Shown here: piece by piece, positions 17,616-30,232 of the stretch
Layout: every line of letters begins with the position of its first letter
How positions within the stretch are numbered: the first letter of the stretch is position 1
From: Gemmatimonadota bacterium
GTDB taxonomy: Bacteria > Gemmatimonadota > Gemmatimonadetes > Gemmatimonadales > GWC2-71-9
Direction: 5' to 3'
DNA length: 35,884 nt
NCBI GenBank assembly: GCA_039588295.1
Contig: JBDHAB010000032.1
Coordinates: forward strand, 1-35,884
The notes under the pieces: model-generated
What the model was told of the DNA's origin: nothing
The model's database searches: none
The model's input: only the letters and a program-made list of their open reading frames with translations
Program-made: the position numbers and the translations under genes

Positions 17616-18265
17616 CCACGCTCCCGTTCCTCACCGACGGCGACGTCGAGGCAGCAGTTGCTTCGGTGGACGCTCATCTGCGCCGCGGCGGGCTGCTCGC
17701 GTACCCGACGGAAACCGTGTACGGTCTTGGCTCGCGCCCGAACACCCGTGACGTGGCGGCCCTGTCCCACCTCAAAGGCCGAAAGGAGGGGAAGCCATTC
17801 CTCCTCCTGATCGCGTCGCGCGCCATGGCGGAGCGGTACGAATTGGAGCTGAATGCATCGGCAAGAGCCCTCGCCGCGGCTTTCTGGCCCGGCCCGCTCA
17901 CGCTGGTCCTGCCGGGCGGGGAGACCCTGCTGCCCCGGACGCTTCGGGGTCCCGAAGGCGGGATTGCGGTACGCTGGACGTCGCACGCGGGTATGGCGCG
18001 GCTGATCGCGGCGCTCGACACACCCATCACATCCACGTCGGCCAACCGACCGCATGGGCACACGGCACCCGGTGCGGGTGGTCTCGTCGAGCTGTTCCGA
18101 TCGGCCGTGGAGGCGGGCACACTGCTGGTGCTCGACGGCGGGGTGCTGGGGAACCTTCCACCCTCCACGGTCGTCGACTGTACCCAACGTGACGCTCGGC
18201 TGGTTCGCGAAGGTGCGCTGCGCGTCGCTGAGCTTCGGGCCGCTGTCGGGAGGCTGGCACCGTGA
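17612..18265 (+). CDS. tsaC: L-threonylcarbamoyladenylate synthase (TsaC/YrdC/Sua5 family)
   Basis: PTETVYGL, KGR, FWPGPLTLVL, STSAN, PSTVVD. Confidence 0.93.
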   Translation: MTTLPFLTDGDVEAAVASVDAHLRRGGLLAYPTETVYGLGSRPNTRDVAALSHLKGRKEGKPFLLLIASRAMAERYELELNASARALAAAFWPGPLTLVLPGGETLLPRTLRGPEGGIAVRWTSHAGMARLIAALDTPITSTSANRPHGHTAPGAGGLVELFRSAVEAGTLLVLDGGVLGNLPPSTVVDCTQRDARLVREGALRVAELRAAVGRLAP

Positions 18266-18755
18266 CCCACGTGCTCCTCGTCTGCACGGGAAACATCTGT
18301 CGGAGCCCGCTTGCGGAGGCGCTGCTGCGGCGGGAGCTGGAAGCGCGGGGCGCAAACGAGTTCAAGGTGACCTCAGCGGGAACCGGTGCCTGGGAGGGTG
18401 CGCCGGCTTCGGAGGGCGCCTACCTTGTCGGGCTCGAGCACCATCTGGATCTGTCCGGCCACAAGGCCCGGCTCATCACCCGCGACATGATTCGCGCCGT
18501 GGATGTCGTTCTCACCATGGCGCGTCACCACAGGACACGGGCCCAGGAGTTGGGTGGAGAGGGTCGCGTGTTTCTCCTCGGTGAGTACGTGGGTCGCGCC
18601 GGTCCGGAGGCCGAAGTGAGCGATCCCTTTGGCAGCGACCTTGAGGTCTACCGCGAGACGTATGAACAGCTGGAGGATCTGATCGGCAAGGCCGCCGAGC
18701 GACTCGTGGTGGAGCACGGCGACCGGTCCGACGGAGCAGAGGACACCAGGGGGAG

Positions 18756-18759
<4 letters not shown>
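18262..18759 (+). CDS. low-molecular-weight protein tyrosine/arginine phosphatase
   Basis: P-loop VCTGNICRSPLAE, SAGT, DPFG. Confidence 0.92.
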
Positions 18760-20562
<1,803 letters not shown>

Positions 20563-20564
20563 CG

Positions 20565-21755
20565 ATGAAGCGCACGCTCGCGTCCCTGGAAGGTCAACCG
20601 CTGGAGGGTCAGCGAGCGTTCGTCCGGGTCGATTTCAACGTTCCTCTGGCCGACGGCGTGGTGGCGGACGCCACACGAATCGTGGCGGCGCTCCCGACCA
20701 TTCGCTGGCTGCGCGAGCGCGGCAGCCGTGTGGTGTTGGCGTCCCATCTGGGGCGGCCCAAGGGGCAGCGGAAACCGGACTACTCGCTGCGGCCCGTCAT
20801 TCCAGTGCTGGAACGGGAGTTGGGAATTCCCGTCGGGTTCCTCGAGGATCCCGTGTCAGACGATTCGGTGGTCGCGACCCGGCGTGCCAAGCGGGGCGAC
20901 GTGTTGCTCCTCGAGAACACGCGATTCTATCCGGGTGAGCAAGCCAACGCTCCCGACCTCGCCGACGCCTTCGCGCGGCTCGGTGATTTCTTCGTCAACG
21001 ATGCCTTCGGGTCGGCACACCGCGCACACGCCTCGACCGAGGGTGTGGCGCGTCGGTTGAAGCCGGCGGTGGCCGGGTTTCTGATGGCGCGGGAGTTGGA
21101 GTACCTGCAAACCACACTGGCCGATCCCGCGCGCCCGTTCGCGGCAGTACTGGGTGGGGCAAAGATCTCCGGAAAGATCGACGTGATCGAGGCCCTGCTG
21201 CCCAAGGTCGACGAAATCCTGATCGGCGGGGCGATGGCCTGTACGTTCTTCGTCGCACTCGGGCTCGAAATGGGCAACTCGCTGGTCGAGCGCGACAAGA
21301 TCGATCTCGCGAAGGCGCTGGTCGACCGAGCGGGCCCGAAGCTCGTGCTTCCAACGAGTGTCACCGTCGCGCGCGCGCTGGTGGCCAACGCCCCAAGCAA
21401 GAGCGTCCCGCACGACAAGGTGAAGCCCGGGTGGTCCGTGTACGATATCGATGAAGATGCCGCGTCTGACTTTCATCGGAGGCTGAAACAGTCCAACACG
21501 ATCGTGTGGAACGGCCCCATGGGGGTGTTCGAGACTCCACCGTTCGATGCGGGGACCGTGGCCATCGCGCGTGCCCTGGCCGCCGCGTCGGACCGCGGAG
21601 CGACCACGATCGTCGGAGGAGGGGACTCCGCTGCCGCCGTCGCCCGCGCGGGGCTCACGGCCAAGATGACCCACGTGTCAACCGGAGGCGGGGCTGCGCT
21701 CGAACTCCTGGAGGGCAAGGAACTCCCGGGCGTCGCCGCGTTGGACAACGCATGA
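20565..21755 (+). CDS. pgk: phosphoglycerate kinase
   Basis: [39 protein letters not shown]. Confidence 0.98.
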   Translation: MKRTLASLEGQPLEGQRAFVRVDFNVPLADGVVADATRIVAALPTIRWLRERGSRVVLASHLGRPKGQRKPDYSLRPVIPVLERELGIPVGFLEDPVSDDSVVATRRAKRGDVLLLENTRFYPGEQANAPDLADAFARLGDFFVNDAFGSAHRAHASTEGVARRLKPAVAGFLMARELEYLQTTLADPARPFAAVLGGAKISGKIDVIEALLPKVDEILIGGAMACTFFVALGLEMGNSLVERDKIDLAKALVDRAGPKLVLPTSVTVARALVANAPSKSVPHDKVKPGWSVYDIDEDAASDFHRRLKQSNTIVWNGPMGVFETPPFDAGTVAIARALAAASDRGATTIVGGGDSAAAVARAGLTAKMTHVSTGGGAALELLEGKELPGVAALDNA

Positions 21756-22504
21756 CCCACATGATCTTTGCCGCGAACTGGAAGATGCACGTCGGTGCGG
21801 ATTCGGCGCGGGCGTTCGTCGAGCAGTTTCTGTCTAAGCATCGGCCGCTCGAGGATCGCGACGTCTGGTTCTTTCCTTCAGCAGTGGCTCTGGAAGCCGT
21901 TGCCCGTTCGACCGACGGGCGCCGGGAAATCACCGTGGGTGTCCAGAACGTGCACTGGGAACCGAAAGGGGCGTTCACCGGAGAACTGAGTGTCTCCATG
22001 GCCGCTGAATCCGGCGCCCGCGCGGCATTGGTCGGCCACTCTGAGCGGCGGCACGTGTTCGGCGAGACGGACGAGGAGACGGGACGCAAGGTCAAGGCAC
22101 TCCTCGAGGGGGGGCTGATCCCAATGCTGTGTGTCGGCGAGACGATCGATCAGCGCGAGGGCGGTGAGACCCTCTCGGTCGTTGAGCGGCAGCTTGGCGT
22201 GCTCGGGTCGCTCCACACGGAGGAGTTGCGTCACGTCGTGATCGCGTACGAGCCGGTGTGGGCGATCGGAACAGGCTCGACGGCCACGCCGGCCGACGCG
22301 GCCGAGGTCCACGCGCACATCCGAGGGTGGCTGACGGACCGCGGGCTCGAGCGAGGCGTTTGCCGGATTCTCTATGGCGGCAGCGTCAAGCTCAACAACA
22401 TCCGAACGCTCGTCTCCGAGCCCGAGATCGACGGCGTGCTCGTGGGCGGGGCATCCCTGGATCCGCTGTCCTGGGCGGCCATGACCCAAACGCCAATTGA
22501 TTGA
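21752..22504 (+). CDS. tpiA: triosephosphate isomerase
   Basis: [39 protein letters not shown]. Confidence 0.97.
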   Translation: MTHMIFAANWKMHVGADSARAFVEQFLSKHRPLEDRDVWFFPSAVALEAVARSTDGRREITVGVQNVHWEPKGAFTGELSVSMAAESGARAALVGHSERRHVFGETDEETGRKVKALLEGGLIPMLCVGETIDQREGGETLSVVERQLGVLGSLHTEELRHVVIAYEPVWAIGTGSTATPADAAEVHAHIRGWLTDRGLERGVCRILYGGSVKLNNIRTLVSEPEIDGVLVGGASLDPLSWAAMTQTPID

Positions 22505-22528
22505 CTTCGGGGCAGAACCGGCTAACTT
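22501..22528 (+). promoter_or_regulatory. candidate internal sigma70 promoter for secG-carA
   Basis: TTGACT-N16-TAACTT. Confidence 0.45.
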
Positions 22529-22549
22529 GCCCGCCGGTTCGGAGAGATT

Positions 22550-22909
22550 ATGTACGCGGTACTGCTGATCATCCTGTTGGGCATCGCGCTCGCGCTCGTT
22601 GGCGCAGTGCTCCTCCAAGCGGGGACGGGAGGAGGACTCGCGGCGATGGGCGGTGGTGCGTCCACCGATACATTCCTTGGTGGCCGCCAGGCGGCGACGA
22701 TCCTGACCAAGGCGACCTGGTGGCTCGGCGGCCTGTTCCTTGGCCTGTCGCTGGTACTGGCGGGGCTGAGTACGCGCTCGTCCGCGCCGCGCTCCGTGCT
22801 CGAGAGCGAACCGGTCGCACCGACGCCGGTCGTGCCGCCCGCGCAGCTTCCGCTGGACGTGGCACCCGCGCAGCCCGAAGCGACGCCGCCCCAACCGGAG
22901 AACGAGTGA
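22550..22909 (+). CDS. secG: preprotein translocase subunit SecG
   Basis: [22 protein letters not shown], two TM helices; follows tpiA. Confidence 0.93.
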   Translation: MYAVLLIILLGIALALVGAVLLQAGTGGGLAAMGGGASTDTFLGGRQAATILTKATWWLGGLFLGLSLVLAGLSTRSSAPRSVLESEPVAPTPVVPPAQLPLDVAPAQPEATPPQPENE

Positions 22910-24024
22910 CGGCGGACCGACCCGCCTACGTGTTGCTCGAAGACGGCGCGTGGTTCCCCGGAACCTCGCGCCGTTCCTTTTCCCCGACCCCCGGGGAGGT
23001 CGTGTTCACGACCAACCTCACGGGATACCAAGAGGTCTTTACCGACCCGTCCTACCTGGGTCAGATCGTCGTGATGACCGCGACGATGATCGGCAACTAC
23101 GGAATCAACGAAGAGGACCTGGAGTCCGACAAACCGCAGGTGACGGCCGTCGTCGTGCGAGAGCTTGCGCGAGAGTACTCCAACTGGCGGGCGTCTGGCG
23201 CGCTGGACACCTGGCTGGCGACGGGCAAAGTCCCCGCGGTCGAGGGAATCGATACCCGGCGGCTCGCGCGACACATCCGGTCGGCCGGGGCCATGCGCGG
23301 CATCGTGGCGACTGGATCGGCCCCCAGCGAGGAGGCGCGGGCGCGGCTTGACGCGAGCCCCAGAATGGAGGGACTCGACCTCGCGTCATTGGCAACGGTT
23401 TCCGCAGAGCACACGGTCGGCCCTGCGGCGGCGCGTCACCACGTGGTGGCGTACGATTTCGGAATGAAGCGCAACATCTTGAGGATCCTGACGGGGCACG
23501 GCTGCCGCGTGACGGTGGTGCCTGCCAAGACGCCGGCAGCCCGCGTACGAGAACTCGAGCCCCACGGCGTCTTCCTGTCGAACGGACCGGGCGACCCCGC
23601 CGCCGTCCGCTACGCCGTTCCCCACATCCGTGAGCTCTGCGACACGGGTCTCCCGACCTTCGGGATCTGCCTGGGCCATCAACTGCTGGCCCTGGCCTAT
23701 GGCGCGGAGACCGACAAGCTCCAATACGGCCATCGCGGTGGGAATCACCCGGTTCGGGATTTCGAGACGGGGCGGGTTCTCATTACAAGCCAGAATCACG
23801 GATTTGCTGTCAGGGGAACAAGTAAGGCCGTGTCAGGTGCCAAAGAACTTGAAGTGACCCACCGTAACCTCAATGATGACACCGTCGAAGGTATCAGACA
23901 CTTGGAGCTGCCGGTCTTCGGTGTCCAGTACCATCCGGAGGCCTCTCCGGGCCCGCACGACGCCCGCGCGCACTTCTCGCAATTCGTCCAAGCTCTTGAC
24001 AGACAACAGGTAAGCCGATATTAA
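22906..24024 (+). CDS. carA: carbamoyl-phosphate synthase small subunit
   Basis: [49 protein letters not shown]. Confidence 0.96.
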   Translation: MTADRPAYVLLEDGAWFPGTSRRSFSPTPGEVVFTTNLTGYQEVFTDPSYLGQIVVMTATMIGNYGINEEDLESDKPQVTAVVVRELAREYSNWRASGALDTWLATGKVPAVEGIDTRRLARHIRSAGAMRGIVATGSAPSEEARARLDASPRMEGLDLASLATVSAEHTVGPAAARHHVVAYDFGMKRNILRILTGHGCRVTVVPAKTPAARVRELEPHGVFLSNGPGDPAAVRYAVPHIRELCDTGLPTFGICLGHQLLALAYGAETDKLQYGHRGGNHPVRDFETGRVLITSQNHGFAVRGTSKAVSGAKELEVTHRNLNDDTVEGIRHLELPVFGVQYHPEASPGPHDARAHFSQFVQALDRQQVSRY

Positions 24025-24090
24025 TGTCGGCCCAACTGGGTGCCCCGGGGGCACGGCCTCCGCCAATCAGGGCCCAGCGAGGAAGGACCA

Positions 24091-24417
24091 ATGACCAAGG
24101 CGGATCTCGTCGAGAAGGTCACGGCCGCGATTGCCCGCACGGCCGGGCCGATGATCTCCAAGAAGGACTGTGCGCGTGTCGTTGACGCGTTCTTGGATGC
24201 CATCAAGCAGTCCCTGTCGGATCAGAATAACATCGAAATCCGCGGGTTCGGCACGTTCAAGATTCGAATGCGCAAAACCAGGATGGCGCGCAACCCGCGA
24301 ACGGGTGATCCCGTAGAAGTTGCGGCAAGGCCGGTCCCGGTCTTCAAGCCTTCTAAGGAGTTACGCAGCTTGGTCGCGGGATCGGATGAGCCTCAAGGAG
24401 TCATTTCAGAGGGATAG
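24091..24417 (+). CDS. HU/IHF family DNA-binding protein (IHF-beta-like)
   Basis: MTKADLV, IEIRGFGTF, ARNPRTG, FKPSKEL; SD GGAAGGA. Confidence 0.93.
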   Translation: MTKADLVEKVTAAIARTAGPMISKKDCARVVDAFLDAIKQSLSDQNNIEIRGFGTFKIRMRKTRMARNPRTGDPVEVAARPVPVFKPSKELRSLVAGSDEPQGVISEG

Positions 24418-24450
24418 CGTCAAGAAGTACTGCAGGGTCCTGTTTCAGCA

Positions 24451-24489
24451 GCGGGGCGCCGGCCGGTTGGCCGTCGCCCCGCGTTGTTT
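24451..24489. terminator. hairpin/terminator between convergent genes
   Basis: GCGGGGCG-c-CGGCC-ggtt-GGCCG-t-CGCCCCGC followed by GTTGTTT. Confidence 0.6.
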
Positions 24490-24504
24490 GCGTCGCTGCT
24501 TGAG

Positions 24505-27138
24505 CTAGCGCCGATCGCGAAACGCGCGCCACAGTCGCGTGTGCTTGCTCTCAAGCGACACCTCCTCGCCCGCAATGAAGGCGCGCTCCACCTGCGTGAC
24601 GATTTGCAGTGGGTCGCCCGTGGTGACAATGAGATCGGCTCGCTTGCCTACGTCGATGCTGCCCATGGCATCGCCCAAGCCCAGGATCTCCGCGGGATGG
24701 AGCGTAACGGCACGGAGGGCAATGTCGCGGGGCAACCCGAACGCGGCGGCCTTTGCCGCGTGATAGGGCAGGTTACGCACGTTGGACACGTCCCGCGTGC
24801 CGAATGCGACCTTGACGCCCGCGGCATGAAGCACCGCGGCGTTCTCCCACCCGGCTGCGATCGGGTCGTCGCGGTCCATAGTGGGAGAGAGGGCGGAGCC
24901 TACGATGACCGGCATGCCGCGCGCGGCAAGATCGTCGGCGACACGGAATGCCTGGTCGCCCCCCACCAGCACTGCGTTGACGTCCGGAAACTTGTCGAGC
25001 AACAGCAACAGCGACCGAATGTCTCGTTCCCGCCTGGCCTCGAAGAACACGGGCACGCGTCCGGTGATGGCCGGAGCCAAGGCCGCCAGGAGGAGACGGT
25101 CCCGGTTGGTGACATTGGGCTCGAATGGGGCAGTCGGATCATCGGTGGTCGACCCAACGTTGGCGAACAACCGTGCCCGCTCGAACAGTGCCACCAGTTC
25201 CTCGAGCCGATCGCCGTCCAGACTCGGTTCGTCCCACGTCTCCCCTTCTGGGCTCGGGAAGCTGATCACGAGCGCACCACTGTCCCGGATGGCCATACGC
25301 TCCGGCGTGTCGCCGTTCAGCTGGATGACGGATCCCATGCCACGGATGATCCCCGCTCCGGGCGCGGTGAGCACGGCCGTGATCCCGTTGGCACGGGTGA
25401 CGGGAATGGCTTCGCTGTGTGGGTGCACGCCAGTCAGGGCTCTGATATGAGGGTTGTACCGCCCCACTTCGCGGTCGTCTCGACTCGCAGCCACCTGGCC
25501 AATCTCGACCATGCCAAGCTGGGTGATCGGGTCGATCATGCCGGGATACAGGTGCTTCCCCGCCAGATTGGTCGTTGCCGCACCGTCGGGGATCGTCACG
25601 TGGGACGCCGGACCGACGGCGGTAATGCGGCCATCCTCGATCAACACGATGCCGTTCGCGATGGGGGGACGTGAGACCGGATGGACCGTTGCGCCGACGA
25701 ACGCGATGACCGGATCCTGTTGCGCCCCGTTTCCGTTGGAGCCGCGGACGGTGTCCGGTCCTGGGCCGGCAGCGCTCGACATGGCAGGTGCCGTCGCCTC
25801 CGGGACGATCGGGCGGGGCGGCATGCCACGCACCGGCTCGTTCCGCGTCTCACGCTCGCGCAGGCGGTCGTAGTACACGATGCCGTCCACGATCGTCTTC
25901 TCCACCCGGGAGTAGACGTCGAACGGGTCACCCGACAACAGCACCACGTCCGCCTGTTTACCCACCTCGAGCGTGCCGACTTTGTCGTCGACACGGAGAA
26001 TCTCGGCCGGATAGCGCGTGAGCATGCGTAGTGCGTCCTCGCGCGACACAGCGCCATACTTCACTGCCTTGTTGAACTCGTACACCATGAACGACTGCAG
26101 CCACGGGATATCCGAGTTGATCGCGGTCTTCACGCCGTGCTGGTGCATGATCGCGGCGTTGTACGGTATCGCGTCGTACGCTTCGAGTTTGTACATCCAC
26201 CAATCGGAGAACGTACCGGCTGCCGCCCCGTGTGCGGCGAGCTCGTCAGCGACCTTGTACCCCTCGAGCACGTGCGTGAACGAGTTGATCCTGAACCCAA
26301 AGCGTTCCGCAACCTGCATCAGCATCAGGATTTCATCGCTCCGATAGGAGTGCGCCGTCACGAGGATGCGTCCGTCCATGATGTCCACGAGCGCTTCCAG
26401 CCGCAGATCGCGCCTCGGCGGAACGCGGAACGAGCGCGGATTCGCCCGGTAGGCCTCCCACGCCTGCTTGTAGTCCTGTGCGGCGGTGAACGCCTGCACG
26501 TACGCCGTTTCGACCCCCTGGCGGCTCGCCGGAAAGCGGCGGGGCGAACTGCTCTGGGAGTTCTTGCGTGTCACGTTCTCGCCCAACGCGAACTTCACCG
26601 TTTGCGGCGCGCCCTGCAGCAACAGTTTCCGACCCTCGTCCATGCCCCAGCGCATTTTGATGATGGCGCTTTGGCCCCCGATGGGATTCGCGCTGCCGTG
26701 GAGCACTTGCGCCACGGTCACGCCGCCGGAGAGCGCACGGTAGATGCTGAAGTCCTCGGGATCCAACGCGTCGAGGACGCGCACCTCGGGAACGATCGGT
26801 GCCGAGCCCTCGTTGGTGGAGCGCATGCCGCTGTGCGAGTGTTCGTCCACGAGACCGGGAATGGCGGTTTGACTGGACCCGTCGACCACCGTGACGCCGC
26901 GCGGCGCCGCGATGTCCGCGCCGATCGCCCGGATCACGCCATCTCGGATGAGGACCGAGACGTTGCGGTACACCGTGTCGTTGGCGGTCCACACCGCTTC
27001 GAGATTCTGGATGAGGAGATCACCGCGCGGGATTGCGACGGCACCGGGCGCGATCTGCATCTTCCACTGCGCCCCAGCCGACGCCGGTACCAGACACCCC
27101 AGTGCCACGCCCAGCAGCGTCGCTCGCATCCGTCTCAT
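24505..27138 (-). CDS. exported amidohydrolase-family protein with two tandem amidohydrolase domains
   Basis: Signal peptide ending AGA|Q. Domain 1: PGLVDEHSH, KFALGEN, AHSY, THVLEG, INSD. Domain 2: PGMIDPITQ, GSIDVGKRADL. ATG overlaps the upstream stop. Confidence 0.9.
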   Translation of the reverse strand: MRRMRATLLGVALGCLVPASAGAQWKMQIAPGAVAIPRGDLLIQNLEAVWTANDTVYRNVSVLIRDGVIRAIGADIAAPRGVTVVDGSSQTAIPGLVDEHSHSGMRSTNEGSAPIVPEVRVLDALDPEDFSIYRALSGGVTVAQVLHGSANPIGGQSAIIKMRWGMDEGRKLLLQGAPQTVKFALGENVTRKNSQSSSPRRFPASRQGVETAYVQAFTAAQDYKQAWEAYRANPRSFRVPPRRDLRLEALVDIMDGRILVTAHSYRSDEILMLMQVAERFGFRINSFTHVLEGYKVADELAAHGAAAGTFSDWWMYKLEAYDAIPYNAAIMHQHGVKTAINSDIPWLQSFMVYEFNKAVKYGAVSREDALRMLTRYPAEILRVDDKVGTLEVGKQADVVLLSGDPFDVYSRVEKTIVDGIVYYDRLRERETRNEPVRGMPPRPIVPEATAPAMSSAAGPGPDTVRGSNGNGAQQDPVIAFVGATVHPVSRPPIANGIVLIEDGRITAVGPASHVTIPDGAATTNLAGKHLYPGMIDPITQLGMVEIGQVAASRDDREVGRYNPHIRALTGVHPHSEAIPVTRANGITAVLTAPGAGIIRGMGSVIQLNGDTPERMAIRDSGALVISFPSPEGETWDEPSLDGDRLEELVALFERARLFANVGSTTDDPTAPFEPNVTNRDRLLLAALAPAITGRVPVFFEARRERDIRSLLLLLDKFPDVNAVLVGGDQAFRVADDLAARGMPVIVGSALSPTMDRDDPIAAGWENAAVLHAAGVKVAFGTRDVSNVRNLPYHAAKAAAFGLPRDIALRAVTLHPAEILGLGDAMGSIDVGKRADLIVTTGDPLQIVTQVERAFIAGEEVSLESKHTRLWRAFRDRR

Positions 27139-28829
27139 TCGAACACCCCCTCCGGCGTACCGGTACGCGTTGCCTTCCACGTGAAGGATCCCATCGGACC
27201 GCGACCGCTTCCCGAGGCGCTGTCACCCGAGGCCGTGCCTTTGACCTTGAAGGTCATACTCTCACCGCCCGCGTCGATAGCGAGCTCAAACGTCACTTTG
27301 TCGCCGTCGACGAGACCGTCTCGGATGCGCGCCACGCCCATGTCGAGCGTGAGCGAGCCGCTGAATTCCGCTCCCACCTGCTTCAGCGTCATCGAGCCTG
27401 CCAACGCGTCGCCTTCGGCATCGATGTCTATCTTCCACGTCCCGCTGAGATCGATGGTCGGCTCTTCGCCGCTCGAATCCGCGGCCGTCGCGGCCTTGCC
27501 ACGCTCGAGTGCACCCTCGACGAAGGTATACAGCACGTCGGTGTCCTCCTCGAACAGCGGCCCGTTGGTCACAACAAAGGTGGCCGGCATCCCGACGTCC
27601 ACTTGTGTGACGTATTCGATGTCCAGCAGCGCCGAAGGGGTGGTCGTCGTGGCCGCCAGCGCCCGGTTCTCGGTCAGGCCGTACTCGATGGCCTTCTGCA
27701 CGCCCTCGCGAATGTCGGCCTCGCCACCGCCACTCGTGAGCGCAAAGCGCACGCCGGCGGCTGCCAGACGACCGGCGTTCGCATAGAGGTTCTCGAGGCG
27801 CTCGCGCTCACGCTCGACCGCCGCGTCCGGAACTTCCTCTTGCGCGGCCTCTGCCGAATCCGGTTTCTCCCTTGCCTCGGGCTTCCACCGCTTCGGCTCG
27901 GGGAAATCCAATGATACGAGCACGGGTACGTCCCGCTGCTGCAGAAGGTCCGCCACTCGCCACGCCTCGTCGCCGCCGACGATGACCGGGTCGAATTCGT
28001 ACTCGTCGGCCAACCCAAGCACCTGCCGAATGTCTTCGGCCCCGTCCGCGGCGAAGAACACCGGTACCTGCTTCGCCAAGACGGCACGCAGGACCTCGTA
28101 GTCCGGATCCCATGCCGGTGCTCGTACCCCGCGCGGATCACGCGCGTGGGCGGTTCGGACGAGGCCGTCATGGCGAGCATTCTCGAAGCTCTGCCGGATG
28201 AAGGCGATGACACCGAACAGCGTCCCCGGATAGGCTCCCCGCGCGCCGCGCAACGTGAACACGGGACCGACATCCGCGTGCGCGACGAGATCCTGCGGCG
28301 TGTCCGCCGCCTGACGGTACACGAGCGCCGCGGCGCGTCCGGGCATGACCGGCCCATCGGGGAGCGCGGCACCGGCGACCACACCGCTCGTTCGAGCGCT
28401 CTTGAGACCTTCGCCGGTCGCCGAGAGGTAGTCCACCGCGCGCCGGTGAGGAGTGAATCCTTGAGCCACTCGCGGTGGATCCCACGGTTCGAGTTCCCGA
28501 CGATCGACCTCGAGCTCCGGGAACTCGATTTCGGCACCTCCCTGCGCGTCGACGATGCCGGGGTACACCTCGAGAGAATCCCCTTCGAGGATCTGCGCAT
28601 CGGCCGGAACCACAACGTCGGTGCCGATTCCCTCGAGGAATTCCCCGCGTACCACGAGCGTGACATTGGCTTGGCGGCTGCCGTCGGCGCGAACCAGTGT
28701 CACACCGGACAACGCATACGCGGCAGGGGCGGGTGGGTCGTCGAACTGTGCCCGGGCTACCCCTGGCCAGCATAACGTCACGGAGCCGGCTGCGAGTCCA
28801 AGCAGCGCAACAACGCGAGCACGGTGCAT
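27135..28829 (-). CDS. exported amidohydrolase-like protein (metal ligands degenerate) with C-terminal beta domain
   Basis: Signal peptide ending ARA|Q; YPGIVDAQG, YPGTLFGVIAFIRQ, ALAATTTTP; C-terminal DLSGTWKI domain. Confidence 0.85.
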   Translation of the reverse strand: MHRARVVALLGLAAGSVTLCWPGVARAQFDDPPAPAAYALSGVTLVRADGSRQANVTLVVRGEFLEGIGTDVVVPADAQILEGDSLEVYPGIVDAQGGAEIEFPELEVDRRELEPWDPPRVAQGFTPHRRAVDYLSATGEGLKSARTSGVVAGAALPDGPVMPGRAAALVYRQAADTPQDLVAHADVGPVFTLRGARGAYPGTLFGVIAFIRQSFENARHDGLVRTAHARDPRGVRAPAWDPDYEVLRAVLAKQVPVFFAADGAEDIRQVLGLADEYEFDPVIVGGDEAWRVADLLQQRDVPVLVSLDFPEPKRWKPEAREKPDSAEAAQEEVPDAAVERERERLENLYANAGRLAAAGVRFALTSGGGEADIREGVQKAIEYGLTENRALAATTTTPSALLDIEYVTQVDVGMPATFVVTNGPLFEEDTDVLYTFVEGALERGKAATAADSSGEEPTIDLSGTWKIDIDAEGDALAGSMTLKQVGAEFSGSLTLDMGVARIRDGLVDGDKVTFELAIDAGGESMTFKVKGTASGDSASGSGRGPMGSFTWKATRTGTPEGVFE

Positions 28830-29001
28830 TGTCTCTGGTCCCTTTGCGAATGGGTGAGGAAAGTTGGCGCTTTGCCTCGAGCGGGAAGCGGGAAGCTCGT
28901 CGGGTCGCCACGCGGTGTCAAGCGGAGACACAGCCCACCGTGCGAGGTATATTCTGCTTCCCAATGTGGTGTTCTCGTACCGTCTCGGACCGGCCAGCGC
29001 G

Positions 29002-29250
29002 GTGATCACGGTTCACTGTCGCTTCTTCGCTCGCTACGCGGAGGTGTTGGGCAGGGATTCGCTCGAGCTGCGACTCGCCGCACCTGCCAGCGTGGCCGAT
29101 GCGGTCCGCGAACTCCGCACTACGCTCGACCGCGGGGCCCACCTTCCCGAGCGTCCCCTGGCCGCGGTCAACCGCGAGCACGTCCCACTCGAGCATGCCC
29201 TCGCCGACGGCGACGAGCTCGCCCTGTTGCCACCGCTGGCGGGGGGCTGA
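29002..29250 (+). CDS. moaD: molybdopterin synthase sulfur carrier (MoaD/ThiS)
   Basis: FFARYAE, AVNRE, DGDELALLPPLAGG with C-terminal GG. Confidence 0.92.
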   Translation: MITVHCRFFARYAEVLGRDSLELRLAAPASVADAVRELRTTLDRGAHLPERPLAAVNREHVPLEHALADGDELALLPPLAGG

Positions 29251-29660
29251 TGTCGCGCCTCGTCACGCGTGATCCCATCGACGTGGCCCGCCTCACCATG
29301 GAGATTTCCGACGCAGGCCGCGGTGGCACGGTGGTCTTCCTCGGCTCAGTCCGCAGGAGCGCGGAGGACGGACCGGTGACCGAGATCGAATACGCCGGTT
29401 ACGAGGAGATGCTTTCCCGCGAACTCGCGCAGATTCTGGACGAGGCCCATGCGCGGTGGCCGAACGCTGCCTGCGCGGCGCAACATCGGTTGGGCGTCGT
29501 GCCGGTCGGTGAGCCGAGCATCGCCATCCTGGCGGCGGCCCCGCATCGCGCGGCCGCGTTCGACGCATGTCGCTTCATCATCGAGGCGGCGAAGCGGCGG
29601 CTGCCGGTTTGGAAGCATGAGCACTTCGAGAATGGCACGAGCCAGTGGCGCGAAGCGTAG
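29250..29660 (+). CDS. moaE: molybdopterin synthase catalytic subunit
   Basis: GGTVVFLGSVR, HRLG, APHRAAAF, KRRLPVWKHE. Confidence 0.94.
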   Translation: MSRLVTRDPIDVARLTMEISDAGRGGTVVFLGSVRRSAEDGPVTEIEYAGYEEMLSRELAQILDEAHARWPNAACAAQHRLGVVPVGEPSIAILAAAPHRAAAFDACRFIIEAAKRRLPVWKHEHFENGTSQWREA

Positions 29661-29704
29661 GAAAGTGGATCTTCGGATAGGGCGGAGGTGACGCAAGGGG
29701 AGTC

Positions 29705-30232
29705 ATGGGACTCGCGATCGCACTCATCGAACCACAGATCCCCCCGAACACTGGTAACATCGCGCGACTGTGCGCGGCGACCGAGACGTCACTCCATCTC
29801 ATCGCTCCCCTCGGCTTCGCCCTCGACGATCCCAGGCTGCGGCGAGCCGGCCTCGACTACTGGCCGGCGGTGGATCTGTGGACACATCCCCATTGGCGGG
29901 CGTTTCGCGATGCCGTCTCCCGGGACCGGTGCTTATATTTCTCGTCACACGGCACGGTGTCCTATCTCGATGCTCCCTACGCATCGAACAGCGTGCTCGT
30001 GTTTGGCAGTGAGACACAGGGGATGCCGGTTCGCATCCGAGAGAAGCATCCGGAACGGACCTTCCGCATTCCAATGGGCGGTGCGGTGCGGAGCCTGAAC
30101 CTGGCAACGGCGACGGCGATTGTCTTGTACGAGGCGATTCGTCGGTTGGACCTCCCACTCGAGTCGGCGCCAGCGGTCACCCCTCCCGAGCCCTTTGCTA
30201 ACAATGAAGCGGAACAGGGGAACGAGCCATGA
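29705..30232 (+). CDS. trmL: tRNA (cytidine/uridine34-2'-O)-methyltransferase
   Basis: PQIPPNTGNIARLC, RRAGLDYW, FGSETQG, IPM..VRSLNL. Confidence 0.94.
   Translation: MGLAIALIEPQIPPNTGNIARLCAATETSLHLIAPLGFALDDPRLRRAGLDYWPAVDLWTHPHWRAFRDAVSRDRCLYFSSHGTVSYLDAPYASNSVLVFGSETQGMPVRIREKHPERTFRIPMGGAVRSLNLATATAIVLYEAIRRLDLPLESAPAVTPPEPFANNEAEQGNEP

Noticed and set aside
24484..27914. Plus ORFs 24484..25674, 26137..27786 and 27033..27914
   Set aside because: Antisense shadows of the amidohydrolase genes
29002..29660. MoaD/MoaE as a ubiquitin-like conjugation or defence system
   Set aside because: Ordinary molybdopterin synthase pair; no E1/E2/JAB genes nearby
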